Of a stretch of 64,000 bases of DNA, positions 1 to 11,244 are shown one piece after another. Numbering within the stretch: the stretch's first letter is position 1; every line of letters begins with the position of its first letter. The notes under the pieces are model-generated. The model made no database searches and was not told the origin of the DNA. It was given only the letters and a program-made list of their open reading frames with translations. Source of the DNA: Strigamia acuminata (lineage: Eukaryota); the NCBI GenBank assembly GCA_949358305.1, contig OX442314.1, forward strand, positions 8,060,001-8,124,000. The letters are read 5' to 3'. Position numbers and translations under genes: made by a program.

Positions 1-514
1 ATCCAATGTTTCATTGTTTTATAACAATATTCAAATGTATTTCGTTTCTTAATCGCGTTATATCGTGATTCCATTGTGTTTTCTGTATTTCCGTGCTTAA
101 AGCACGATGCTGTATTTATTAGCATTAGGTACAATGCTGTTTGTATCTTTTCTGACATTGTTAATGTTTAATTCCGCCACCAGTTGGCGTTTACTTATGT
201 ATTTTCACTCAACATGGCCGCTTACTTGGTTTGCAAGCTCCCACTGTGTTTCCCATCAAGTAATGGCTCTTTTTGTAAGTTTTATTTTGTTAATTAAATT
301 GTTTATGGTTTTTAATTACTGTGCACGTTTGATATAAGTGCACAGCTTCGTTTGGTATCATTTTTACGGCCACGCACGTCGTGTAGACGTTGCTCCATTG
401 CCGTTAAGTGCGTACGCACGTACGGCGTCACTACCGATCCCGAAACTTTCTTTCCGACCGTTTTTCGTCGTTTTGCACGATAATTCGTGCCTGTTTTTCG
501 TCCTCTGCTACAGT

Positions 515-532
515 TGGTAGCAGAGGATGGTT
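515..532 (+). promoter_or_regulatory. Primer-binding site complementary to the 3' end of tRNA-iMet
   Basis: TGGTAGCAGAGGATGGTT is the reverse complement of AACCATCCTCTGCTA(CCA), the end of the tRNA-iMet genes at 57408 and 59514. Confidence 0.95.
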
Positions 533-1485
533 GGCTTTCCAACTGTGCACGCCAAACTGCGCTAATTTATCGCCAAATTTCGCGAATTTCGCGTTTTTTC
601 GGCGAAAATTCCTATTTTTCAGGTCTCGGCGATTTACGACGACGATTTTCAAGCTGCCAACGACGTTTTCCCACGAGGATCGACGTTTTTGCGTACGAAG
701 TGCATTTATTTGTGTTATTAATCGGAAAATCGTTGCGGGTTTCGCAGATTTTCCGGGTTTCTTTCATTTATTTGCAGATTTCGGCGATTTGAAGTGTTTG
801 ACGACGTTTTTGAACGTGCAGCAACGTTTTCACACACCAAGTGTGATTATTTTCGCCGTTAACCGGGAAATTTACGCGGGTTTCGCGAATTTTCCGAATT
901 TATTTTGTCTTTTTCAGATTTTCAACGATTCGACAACGTCCGAGCGACGTTCTCAACCAGAAACGGGTCCAGCCCGCTGTATTGCACCCCGGTGTGCGTA
1001 CAGTACCGACGATTTAGCAATTCGACGATTTTTGATCAATTTCCGCGTTTTCTACGCGTGGTTGCGTGTTGCGACGAGCACCGCAACAGATTCATCAATT
1101 TCGCCTTCCTATTGCTTTTCAGATTTCGTTATTATATTGTTATTTTTAAGTCCCCATTTTTGGAGTGGGTCCCTTAGTATCGATTTCACCCTTAGTCCAG
1201 TCGGGCTCGTGAAATTTGTATTCTGTGTTGAGGCTATCCCTGCGCCACCTAACGTTTCCGTGGCCCTAGGCGGTTTGCAAAGGGCGTTAGGGGGATACTC
1301 AGCACAGGTTATCAAGGCAATTGTAGCATTGCCTCCCCGTCGTGGTTTCCGCTTTGACAGTGCTTCGAGTGATTTGTGCGACGATACGTGTGTGCTTCTC
1401 CACAGTGCTTCGTTCTTCGAAAACAGACCGCCCGTACCACTTCTAAAGCCACGATATTTTTCACGTTTGTGTTTGGACACCGATC

Positions 1486-4400
1486 ATGCAGAAGTCTTCC
1501 GAACTCTCGATGACGCGGGTGCCCATACTTGCCGTAGGGAACTACGAGATGTGGGCACGTAGCATGAAGATGCTACTCAAATCCGAATCTTTGTGGCATC
1601 ACGTCACAGAAGAAGACGAGGAGGAAATTAAGAAAACTGCCGATCCGAAGGAATTAAAGAAACATAAACGCCGCAAAGATAAGGCGCTAGGATTGATTTA
1701 CGGTTTTGTCTCCGAACCCAAGAAATCAGCGCTGGACAACTGCAATACGCCTAAAGAGGCGTGGGATACGCTGGCCAAAATCTACGCGCCCAGCTCCCGT
1801 GCCAGAAAAGCAGCTTTACGGCGTGAATTCCTCGGACTGCGATTGGAAAAGGGGGAAGAGATGGCTGATTTTCTGGGACGTGTGGATTACCACGTCCAGA
1901 AATTGAAAGACATTGGCGAGAAGACGTCAGAGGACCATCACGCGTACCAGTACCTTGATTTACTTCCCCCCGAGTACTCGCAGGTTTCCTTCTCGATCTA
2001 CCATTGGGAAGACGACAAGTTCAAACCCCAAACTGTGTCCGAACAACTCCTTTCGGAGTATATGAGACAAGGAGGGTATACGTCTCGTGATCACACCTCG
2101 ACATCTTCACAGGCTTACGCGACGGATCAAACTCGCTCTCGCTCCCGGAATCGACCGCTTTCCTCGATTAAATGTTTCAACTGCGACCAAATGGGACATT
2201 ACGCGAATAAGTGCCCCGAACCTCGAAGAAGTAGGAATCCCAATCCTTCTGCGTCACTCCAACGCCCTTCGAGGAGTAAAAGTCGCAATCGGGGAAAGAA
2301 CAAGTCCAACAAATCCAATGATGGTCGTCCGAGGGGCAGTTCCCAAGCTAGGCGTGATGCTAACTTCTTTGTAAACGCACCGCCACAAATCACCGAGATG
2401 CCTGCTGCTCATTTTATGCAGAGCCATGAATGGATCGTCGATTGTGGCGCGACAGATCACATCTCCCACGTCGCGTCATGGTTTACGGACTTCGTGAAAG
2501 TTGTACCATTTGATGTTGAACTCGGCCAAGGCACCTCGCAAGTGACTGGGAAAGGAACGGTTCAAATCCAAACGAACATTGACGGATGCCTTTGTGTAGT
2601 GAATCTCCGAGATGTATTCTACGCGCCGAATTTCGAAGCCAATCTAATTTCGGTGTCGAAAATTGATAAAAAGGAGTTTCATATCCATTTTTACAAAGGG
2701 AATGTGAACATTTTCAAGTCCGACATTCAACATTCTGTGCTTCGTGCCAAAGAGAAGAACGGACTTTACTATGTGGACGGTTTGTTTCCACCCGTAGCTT
2801 CGACGACAAGTGCGATTTCGACTTCCGAACCCCCACCTCCAACAAAGACATTGGTGACCGTTGAGGAGGACTTTGTGAAAGTTCCTAAACGGAAAAAGAA
2901 ATCGAACGAACGCGAATTATCGGATTTTTGGTTGGATTTTCCCCCATTGACTCAGGAAACCCAAACACTTCCTGTTCCGAAATCTCTTCCCGTTCCAACA
3001 CCTGTCCCGAACCTACCCACACAAGCCAATCCTACCTCTCCTCCATTACCGACCTTTGCCGAAGTATTGCAAACAATTCCGTCCTTAAGAACACCTCCTC
3101 CTAAAGTCAATGAGAAGAAGGTGGCAGCTTCTACTGCCAAAAAGGACGCTACCGGCATATGGCACAGTCGACTTGGCCACTTGCACACGAATGCCATGAA
3201 GCTCTTAGCAGCAAATGAACAGGTTTATGGCATCGAACCTAGTGAGGTCACTAAGGAGTTAACCTGCAATCACTGCAGGGTGGCCAAATCGACCAGGGCA
3301 TCACACAAGCCCGACGAACACCCGATGACGTCAAAAGCGTTGGACCTTCTCCACATGGATCTCTGGGGACCACATCCAGTTAACTCTTTTGGCGGTGCTC
3401 GTTACATTTTTACCATAATCGACGACGCAACGCGTTACACGTGGATGTTCCCGCTGGCTCAAAAATCTCAGACTTTCGAATGCTTTAAGGATTTTGTTTC
3501 TCGCATCGAACGCGTCGCAGACACGCGGGTTAAAGCCATTCGAACTGATCAAGGCGGGGAGTTTATGTCGAACGAGTTTACGGATTATCTACGTAAAAGT
3601 GGAATTCAGGGACAACGCACGAATCCGGCGAGCCCCCAGATGAACGGCACGGCCGAACGCATTAACAGGACGATGGCCGACTTCATGCGGGCGACGTTAG
3701 ATGAGACGAAACTTCCCGAAGAACTATGGGCAGAAATTGCCGTTTCATTTTCCTACATCAAGAACCGCTGCCCACATTCCCGTATTAAGAATGAAGTGCC
3801 GTATATTTTATGGCGGCAACGTGCTCTTTCTGTTCGTCATCTGCGTCGGCTCGGATCTAAGTGTTGGGTCCATTACACTGCTCCGGGACGCAACAAATTG
3901 GCGCCACGCGCCTGGGAAGGATTTTTAGTCGGCTACGCGGTGGGAACTCGAGGATATCGTGTTTGGAACCCAGTCGACAACAAAGTCGTGGAGTCGATCC
4001 ACGTGAAAATCGATGAACGACAGTCTTATCGTCGCTCTCAGCGCCCTTCCCAACCGACATTCGAAGAGTCTTTTCAACCCGGACCTCGTGCATCTACTAC
4101 GCCACCGACTCAAGTCAAGTTTAATGACACAATCCAGTATGTGCCATGGTCGGCAGGTTCCGATTCGGATGACCCGGACTCGACAGATTATGACTCCGAC
4201 GATTCGGCACCCCCACGCTCACCTCCGCCAGGCATTCAATCACCTCCACCTGGTCGCCAATCTCCGGTATTGGGTGCGCAAGCGATGCCACCAATCGATG
4301 TAATGGCCGATTTAATATTACCGACATTGCGTCCAGATATTTCGACTGGCACTACACCGACTGGCACTCCGACCAATACGCCACCAGGATCTCCACCAAG

Positions 4401-6273
4401 ATTCGTGACCGCCAGAAGGGGCTCCGCACCGACTCGAATCGCGGAGGAGCCCATTCTTGTTGAAACGGGCGCCACATCTTACAAATGGCGCTCTGTGGGT
4501 GGAAATAACCCTTTCAGCAACTGGCGACGAGAAGAACATCTCCGTAAAGACCAAGTCCCAGGCCAGATCAAGATCGATGTTTATTATTTTCCGAAGCCCG
4601 GTGTTCGCTTACGCTCCAAACCTGATATCCAAAAGTATTGCGATAAAGAGGGAATTCTTTATGACGATGATCTATTCTACTTCGGAAACATCGAGCATCA
4701 ATTACCCGTCATGCCGGCACTCCGTCCTCGAGCCCATTTTTGCCGTCGAGAACCAGGGTCGTACGCAGAGGCCGTCAAGTTCCCGGATGCCCCTAAGTGG
4801 CAGGAAGCTATCGACGAAGAACTAGGAACCTTCAAGAAGAGAGAGGTTTACCAAGAAGTTCCGAAGCCTCCGAACACGACAATCCTCGGCTGCAAATGGT
4901 TGTTCAAGTTAAAAACCGACACCTCCGGACAAATTACTCGTTACCGCGCCAGATTGGTCGCCCAAGGCTTCAGACAGACTCTCGGCGTGGACTACGACGA
5001 GGTCTTCAGCCCGGTTGTAAACTTCGTTCTCATCCGATTCTTCTTCTGTCTACTCGTCATTCTACAAGGGTGGAAAGACGCGCACCTGGATGTAAAGTGC
5101 GCGTATCTTTACGGAGAATTGGAGCATCGAGTTTACATGCGAATTCCAGCCGGCGCCCATTGCTCGAACCCCGACAACGTCTGGCTTCTCATTAAATCAC
5201 TGTACGGTCTCCACCAATCTGGCCGTCAGTGGTATGAGAAGTTAGATGAAACACTACGAGGACTCGGATTTCGAAAACTTCCAGCGTGTAACTGCGTTTA
5301 TATATTCGGGACATCGGCCGTGATGCTTGTCTACGTGGATGACATCGTCCTTTTCTACTCGACGGACAGCATCTTGGATCGAATTATTCGGCTGATATCA
5401 TCGAAATTCGAAATCGTTAACCTCGGGCCCATCTCCAGATTGCTTGGTGTCGAATTCATAAGAACCGCGGGGAGGGTGTTCATCATTCAGCGGTCTTATA
5501 TCGACAAGATCGTCAAGAAGTTCGAGGTTGCTGCCGATAAGATGATTAAGGTCCCCGTTACACCTGGAACAACGTTAAAGAAAGGATCCACCGAACATCT
5601 CTCCGACTTCCCATATCGGTCGTTAATTGGATCGCTTCTATTCCTCGCTTCTCGAACCCGTCCGGACATTCTCTATTCCGTCATCGCGTTATCCCAGTAT
5701 AACAATTGTTATAACAAGACACATATTCGCGCACTTCTTCAAGTTCTCCGCTATGTCGCGAATACGCCTGATCTTGCGATTGAATTGTCCGGATGCACGA
5801 CAAGCCAGTTATGGGCATTCACCGACGCTTCTTGGGCCTCCGACACCGAAACATCGCTCAGCTTCGGGGGATTCATCACGTACATCGGAAACGTCCCCAT
5901 CGGCTGGTCGTGTAAGAAACAGTCTTCGGTTGCGTGCTCGACGATGGAAGCGGAGTTCATCGCCCTCGTCGAGTGCGTAAAAGAACTCTACTGGCTCGAC
6001 TACATATTCGCTCAACTCCCGTTCTTGAACCGCATTTCTCGTCCCATCGTTTATTCGGATGCACTAGCGTCCATACAGTTCACTTCGAACGATGTGGAAA
6101 ATGCAAAGACCAAACACATACGTGTGAAGTATCACTGGTTACGGGAGTGGTATGTGGCAAAAGTATTCGAATTACGGAAAATCCCGGGTGATGATAACGT
6201 AGCGGACATTTTTACAAAATGGCTACCATCTGATCGACTTCGGAAGCTCACTTCGGGAATCTTCTGCCAGTAA
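1486..6273 (+). CDS. Copia Gag-Pol polyprotein (Gag, CCHC knuckle, protease, integrase, MBD, RT, RNase H), 1595 aa, intact
   Basis: CFNCDQMGHYANKC knuckle; WIVDCGATDH protease; WHSRLGH..CNHC and HMDLWGP/RTDQGGEF/GTAERINR integrase; RARLVAQGF, LDVKCAYL, YVDD RT; FTDASWA and NVADIFTK RNase H. Confidence 0.97.
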   Translation: MQKSSELSMTRVPILAVGNYEMWARSMKMLLKSESLWHHVTEEDEEEIKKTADPKELKKHKRRKDKALGLIYGFVSEPKKSALDNCNTPKEAWDTLAKIYAPSSRARKAALRREFLGLRLEKGEEMADFLGRVDYHVQKLKDIGEKTSEDHHAYQYLDLLPPEYSQVSFSIYHWEDDKFKPQTVSEQLLSEYMRQGGYTSRDHTSTSSQAYATDQTRSRSRNRPLSSIKCFNCDQMGHYANKCPEPRRSRNPNPSASLQRPSRSKSRNRGKNKSNKSNDGRPRGSSQARRDANFFVNAPPQITEMPAAHFMQSHEWIVDCGATDHISHVASWFTDFVKVVPFDVELGQGTSQVTGKGTVQIQTNIDGCLCVVNLRDVFYAPNFEANLISVSKIDKKEFHIHFYKGNVNIFKSDIQHSVLRAKEKNGLYYVDGLFPPVASTTSAISTSEPPPPTKTLVTVEEDFVKVPKRKKKSNERELSDFWLDFPPLTQETQTLPVPKSLPVPTPVPNLPTQANPTSPPLPTFAEVLQTIPSLRTPPPKVNEKKVAASTAKKDATGIWHSRLGHLHTNAMKLLAANEQVYGIEPSEVTKELTCNHCRVAKSTRASHKPDEHPMTSKALDLLHMDLWGPHPVNSFGGARYIFTIIDDATRYTWMFPLAQKSQTFECFKDFVSRIERVADTRVKAIRTDQGGEFMSNEFTDYLRKSGIQGQRTNPASPQMNGTAERINRTMADFMRATLDETKLPEELWAEIAVSFSYIKNRCPHSRIKNEVPYILWRQRALSVRHLRRLGSKCWVHYTAPGRNKLAPRAWEGFLVGYAVGTRGYRVWNPVDNKVVESIHVKIDERQSYRRSQRPSQPTFEESFQPGPRASTTPPTQVKFNDTIQYVPWSAGSDSDDPDSTDYDSDDSAPPRSPPPGIQSPPPGRQSPVLGAQAMPPIDVMADLILPTLRPDISTGTTPTGTPTNTPPGSPPRFVTARRGSAPTRIAEEPILVETGATSYKWRSVGGNNPFSNWRREEHLRKDQVPGQIKIDVYYFPKPGVRLRSKPDIQKYCDKEGILYDDDLFYFGNIEHQLPVMPALRPRAHFCRREPGSYAEAVKFPDAPKWQEAIDEELGTFKKREVYQEVPKPPNTTILGCKWLFKLKTDTSGQITRYRARLVAQGFRQTLGVDYDEVFSPVVNFVLIRFFFCLLVILQGWKDAHLDVKCAYLYGELEHRVYMRIPAGAHCSNPDNVWLLIKSLYGLHQSGRQWYEKLDETLRGLGFRKLPACNCVYIFGTSAVMLVYVDDIVLFYSTDSILDRIIRLISSKFEIVNLGPISRLLGVEFIRTAGRVFIIQRSYIDKIVKKFEVAADKMIKVPVTPGTTLKKGSTEHLSDFPYRSLIGSLLFLASRTRPDILYSVIALSQYNNCYNKTHIRALLQVLRYVANTPDLAIELSGCTTSQLWAFTDASWASDTETSLSFGGFITYIGNVPIGWSCKKQSSVACSTMEAEFIALVECVKELYWLDYIFAQLPFLNRISRPIVYSDALASIQFTSNDVENAKTKHIRVKYHWLREWYVAKVFELRKIPGDDNVADIFTKWLPSDRLRKLTSGIFCQ

Positions 6274-6519
6274 CCGACTACGACATCTTTATTTCCCATC
6301 GTATTTTCGGACATTCCTTGTTTATTTTACCCGAATTCGAGGTTTTATCGTGTAGTTAGATTGGGAATTCTGAGCTTAGTTAAGTGATGTAAACGAAAGT
6401 ACCCGACACGATAATTCCGATCTTTATTGTTTTCTATTTTGTCAGACACCGTAAATACTTGTGTTCTGTTTTATTTTAGTACTGATTTGTAAAACCCATT
6501 CTGGAGTATGGGGGGGATT

Positions 6520-7093
6520 TGTTGATGTAGTTAACGTCATTTACTCCAGAATGCGTTCATATATCATTGTTTGATCATATTATCCAATGTTTCATTGTTT
6601 TATAACAATATTCAAATGTATTTCGTTTCTTAATCGCGTTATATCGTGATTCCATTGTGTTTTCTGTATTTCCGTGCTTAAAGCACGATGCTGTATTTAT
6701 TAGCATTAGGTACAATGCTGTTTGTATCTTTTCTGACATTGTTAATGTTTAATTCCGCCACCAGTTGGCGTTTACTTATGTATTTTCACTCAACATGGCC
6801 GCTTACTTGGTTTGCAAGCTCCCACTGTGTTTCCCATCAAGTAATGGCTCTTTTTGTAAGTTTTATTTTGTTAATTAAATTGTTTATGGTTTTTAATTAC
6901 TGTGCACGTTTGATATAAGTGCACAGCTTCGTTTGGTATCATTTTTACGGCCACGCACGTCGTGTAGACGTTGCTCCATTGCCGTTAAGTGCGTACGCAC
7001 GTACGGCGTCACTACCGATCCCGAAACTTTCTTTCCGACCGTTTTTCGTCGTTTTGCACGATAATTCGTGCCTGTTTTTCGTCCTCTGCTACA
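6520..7093 (+). repeat. 3' LTR of Copia A
   Basis: Follows the PPT, starts TGTTG, ends CTACA; appears identical to 1-512 over the shared part. Confidence 0.95.
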
Positions 7094-9246
7094 GACAGGC
7101 CGTCTCCCCAACAGAGGCCGGCCCGTCAACGAGTCGCGACTACCGCAGCCGCTCGAGCAGCTCCAGTTCCCGAACTCGAGTTGTCGTGCGCTCGGAGTGT
7201 CGCCGAGTAGTAACGCTCGAGCCTGCCTCGCCAGACGATGCGCGGGCTGAACGAACGGTCGAATCTTCCGCCCACTGGGCTGCGAGGACCGAGACACACC
7301 AAGATCGAGGAAAGAAAAGATCCTCGTTGTTTATGGCGATTACTACGCAGTCGTCAGATCGATCCTCGTCGCGACGAACCGTCTCATCCCACCAGAGACC
7401 GGATTCCCCGTCGGACGTCCCCCAGAGGACGGTCCAACGAAGGTCCGTCGCAGCCAGCACCAGAAGGAACCGGAAACGCAAAGTACGTCAGAAGATACGT
7501 GCACAATCCCTGATAGCCAAGGGATTAGAGAAGGAGCGAGAGATGGCCGCCGCGAAAAGGTCCGAACCCCAGAGTCTCGAACCCACGGCTGGGCCATCCA
7601 GGCTCCAAGCGGAGATCGACCTGGGAGAATTAACGGAGGAACAATTGTCCCAAGATGAGTCGGATAAGGATGGACCGGTTACGAAGCAGGATCTGGCCGT
7701 GGCATTGAAGAACGCCTTCCGAGGATACGCGGCCAACCGGCCGTCGAACTCAACACCGGCTGTGCCAACCGCGCTTGTGCCCCCACAGGTGCAACCGCGA
7801 TGGCCGCCACTCCTCGAGGGTACAAACCCAGCCGTGACCGCGTGGACTCCTCCCCGGATGATTCCGGTGGGAGATCCAACTCCGAAACGGGTCAGATACG
7901 ATGACTTACCCGGGTTGGGCCGTCCACCATCACCCCCAACACCGCGCGTGTATCAACCTCATCGCAACGCCGAGTGGTACGCACAGCGGGAGATGGACGC
8001 CCGGTGCCGGCGTGAAGCGGCCTATCCTCCACTCAGCGAGCTACGGGAATATCTGGCCGAATACGAGAACCCCGCGATTGCCGAGTTGGCCATACGACAG
8101 GCCGACGCCGCCCAGACTCACCACATCAATTGGGCGATCGAACAGATGCGGACGCTGTCACAACAATTCAGTGACAATCCGGACCGCGCTCACCCCTGCC
8201 ATCGGAGCAGTTTGAATTTGGCCGTGACGAACGTCTTGGCCCAGCTGTTGTCCCTGGGCGTCTTCTTGGACAGTCGGCAGGCTATGGCGGCCTGGACAAT
8301 CGTCGATCGTGAGGGAGTTCACCTTCCTCGGGCGTTGTACCAGGTATGGGCCGGATGGACTCCTGAGCCCGCCTCGCTGCGCTTCGACCTGGCCAGAAAT
8401 ACAGAAAACCCAGGCCTACAGTTTTCAAAGATGCGCTCGTTAGCATTCCGCTACCGGAACCCCGGAGTCCACCCTTCCTTGTTGCGAACAATTCGGGAGG
8501 CTCCGGAGATACCGGGGACGGCAGCGAGCCTACCACAGGCCATCGGGACCGCCCCCCCAGAGGCGGCGGTCCAACCATACATACCGACCCCAAAGCCGGT
8601 ATTCCCGAAGGAGAAGCGGTACGCGAATCGACCCAAATTGATTCCGAAGCGCTCCAACCGAGGACCGCGAACTCCTCCGCTGCCCTCTCCTTCACCACCA
8701 GCGGCAGAGCTGGCCGCTCTTGCAACAGAGCCGGCTACGCCACCGTTGGAGAGTCCAATGGAGATTCCACTTCCTCCATCGCCTCCGCCGCCCCCAGCAG
8801 CGCAGCTTTATTTGAGGCTGGGAGTGGAATACCCCTTCCTTCAGATGTCGGAGTTCACGCGACAACGCATCATTGACTCCGATGATCACGGCGAGTCGAT
8901 CCTCAAATGGCTGAACAGAGAGGCCCGATCCACCATGGATGCCGTCTTCCATCGCCGTATCCTACGGGCCCACAGGAAACCCGGTTCGAGCGCCGAGTCG
9001 CGAAGGATTCGACTCGTTCCAGACCGATTCCCTGCATCTACCCGGATTTGGATCCATGAGCGTACGGGACTGATCGGCGAACCCGTCGGTGGTCACCCGC
9101 AATATTTCATCAACGAGCGACAGAATCCTGCGGATCTGACAACCTCTCTGCCCCCGGATTTACCACCTCCGCCACCGGCCGTGCCGCCAGTGATCCTCCG
9201 CCCATGCAGAGGAGTGTTGCCGGCTCTGCGCAGAGGAGAGCGATAA
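7094..9246 (+). CDS. Pro/Arg/Ser-rich ORF of unknown function at the 3' end of an older LTR element; interrupted upstream by Copia A
   Basis: About 2.1 kb open, GC-rich frame (first internal ATG 7333) ending just before a purine tract (GGAGGAGGGAC, about 9280-9290) and an LTR-like TG start at 9292; no recognisable domain. Confidence 0.6.
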
Positions 9247-11244
9247 AATTTGAGATCGCTCCGATCCGAGATCGAAGCTGGAGGAGGGACGTGTGGTGAC
9301 CCAGTTGGATAAGTGTCCCCCCAGGGCGGATACTTGTCCTCTGAGTCACTTGTGACGGTTTACAATGGCTATAAATGCCTATTTTCTTAGAAAGAAGCGC
9401 TGTTGCGCCATTATCATGATATCTCGAAGATATTCTGTGTAAAACTGATAAATGTCTGGAATAAAGTTATTTATGATGTTTCAAATACAAAGATGTTCGT
9501 TTATTAAGAATAAACACTCATTCCTACTTGATATCAAAGGATTCCGGCCGAATCACGAAGAGTCGTCTGCTAAAACCGCATTTGTCAATGCGCAATGTTG
9601 CCACAAGATGGCGCGATTACGATTTAGCGGCAAATTCAAGATATGAATATAAAACATGTAAATAAATATAAAACTATATTTACTAGAATGAAACGAAGCT
9701 TTGTGAACATTAATATAAAGATATATTAATGTCTTGTGATGTTAAATACAATGTAACTTCCATTTTCTGCGGGACAGGACATTTGGTGATCAATCGATCA
9801 ACCAATAGATCTGATTGGTGGATCCATTTCCGGTCCTGGGTATCCAGTTCCGGTTGTGGTGAGAATTAGCACATTGTTCCTCCGTATCCACTTCCGGTGA
9901 TACGGGATTGGAGGGATTCGTGGAACCCATGTTCCAATTGGATAACTGGATTAATCCTTAATCCAGTCAGGTTATATAAACCCAAACAACCGGCCATTCT
10001 GCAGCTCTGTTTGATTATTTCTGTTTGGTATTGTTACTTAAGAAGTATGATTCGTTGTTCACGTAAAAAACCTTTTGGTTCTTTGTTGATTTATTCGCAA
10101 AGAACCGTTGCATGATTCTACAGAATCATGCCACCGCCGGCAATTGAAGTCGAAGTGCTGGGATTATTATGTTGCATAAATGTTACAGTCTACGGTTGCG
10201 ACGCCGAAGGAGAACCCGCCGTTGTGCAATTCAGTATCCTCCGGACAGGACCAAGTTGTCTTTTTCGGTATGAACGTATTCCGTTACCACGAGTAGCATC
10301 GGTATTGTTGAGAATCGGTTCCTTCACCTGATGGTGCCAAAGCAGTCTGTTTTACAGTAACCACGAGTAGCACCAAGTGTTTGGCAAGCTGATTCTCATG
10401 GTATTCGATGCCAAAGCAGTCGGTCTATTATTAGTACCGCGAGAGATAAAACTGCTGTGCGGAGCCGCGAGCTATCGACCCCTGTGTACGTGGTACCGTC
10501 AACCACTCGATGGACGACCGTGCTGCGACGCCGGGGACGCTTGATACCGTTCTGCATGGCAAGGCGTATATTCTAATCGATGGCAATTGTGTGTTGCGAC
10601 GGGAAGCTTAATCTTCATTTTATTTATAACAGAAAAACTTAAACTCGACAACCAGTTGGACCAAAATCAAGTCAGAAGACTTAATCTCATATTGAACTCA
10701 ATATAACCGATAAGTTGACGACAACTTATTCCCGAAATATCTAAATAAGAATTCACAACGATATGAATTAAATATAATTCATAAGCGGAATATTGATAAG
10801 TAAATGAATACATTTACTTACACCAATATCCTCCCAAAGTTGTGGCGGTGCAGACAAAGTCAACCGCAATGCTCAGATCATTCGATTTATCGACGTGCGA
10901 TAATTTACACAGCGAACCAAGGAAACCAGCGAAGCCATATCGGACTCCAGGACACAGCCATCCGGCTTAGATGACATCTGTAAACCAGGTCGAGCGATGG
11001 GGAAACCGCTCCCTTATCCCAGACACGTAATGATATTATTTTAGGACCAATTGGCCTATGCTTTGTATAGTTTAATAGTCAGTTAACTTGCCAAATGTTG
11101 GCATTAGTCTTATGTATAATTTAGCTCACTGCATATTGTTTGCCAACAATAAATTGTCTTGTATTTATCTCGTATTGTATTCACTGTTATTTATCGCGAT
11201 CTCTTCCCGGTACCATTGTTAAATGGGAGTTGTGGTCGTCACCG

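Larger units (their letters stand above)
1..7093 (+). mobile_element. Ty1/copia LTR retrotransposon A (MBD-containing); 5' end cut by window edge
   Basis: Direct repeats 1-512 = 6582-7093 (full 3' LTR 6520-7093, TG...CA, 574 bp); PBS 515-532; purine tract at about 6503-6518; single gag-pol ORF in copia order PR-IN-RT-RH. Confidence 0.97.

Noticed and set aside
408..1562. 384-aa ORF across the LTR, PBS and leader of Copia A
   Set aside because: Non-ATG start, F/R-biased low-complexity translation, and no continuous equivalent in element B; the conservation there looks RNA-structural.
6919..7093. N-terminal part of the 775-aa ORF
   Set aside because: Chance in-frame read-through from the Copia LTR into the interrupted host ORF.
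9452..10331. Short ORFs duplicated at 17186-18065
   Set aside because: They are duplicated only because they lie in the LTRs; no coding signature.
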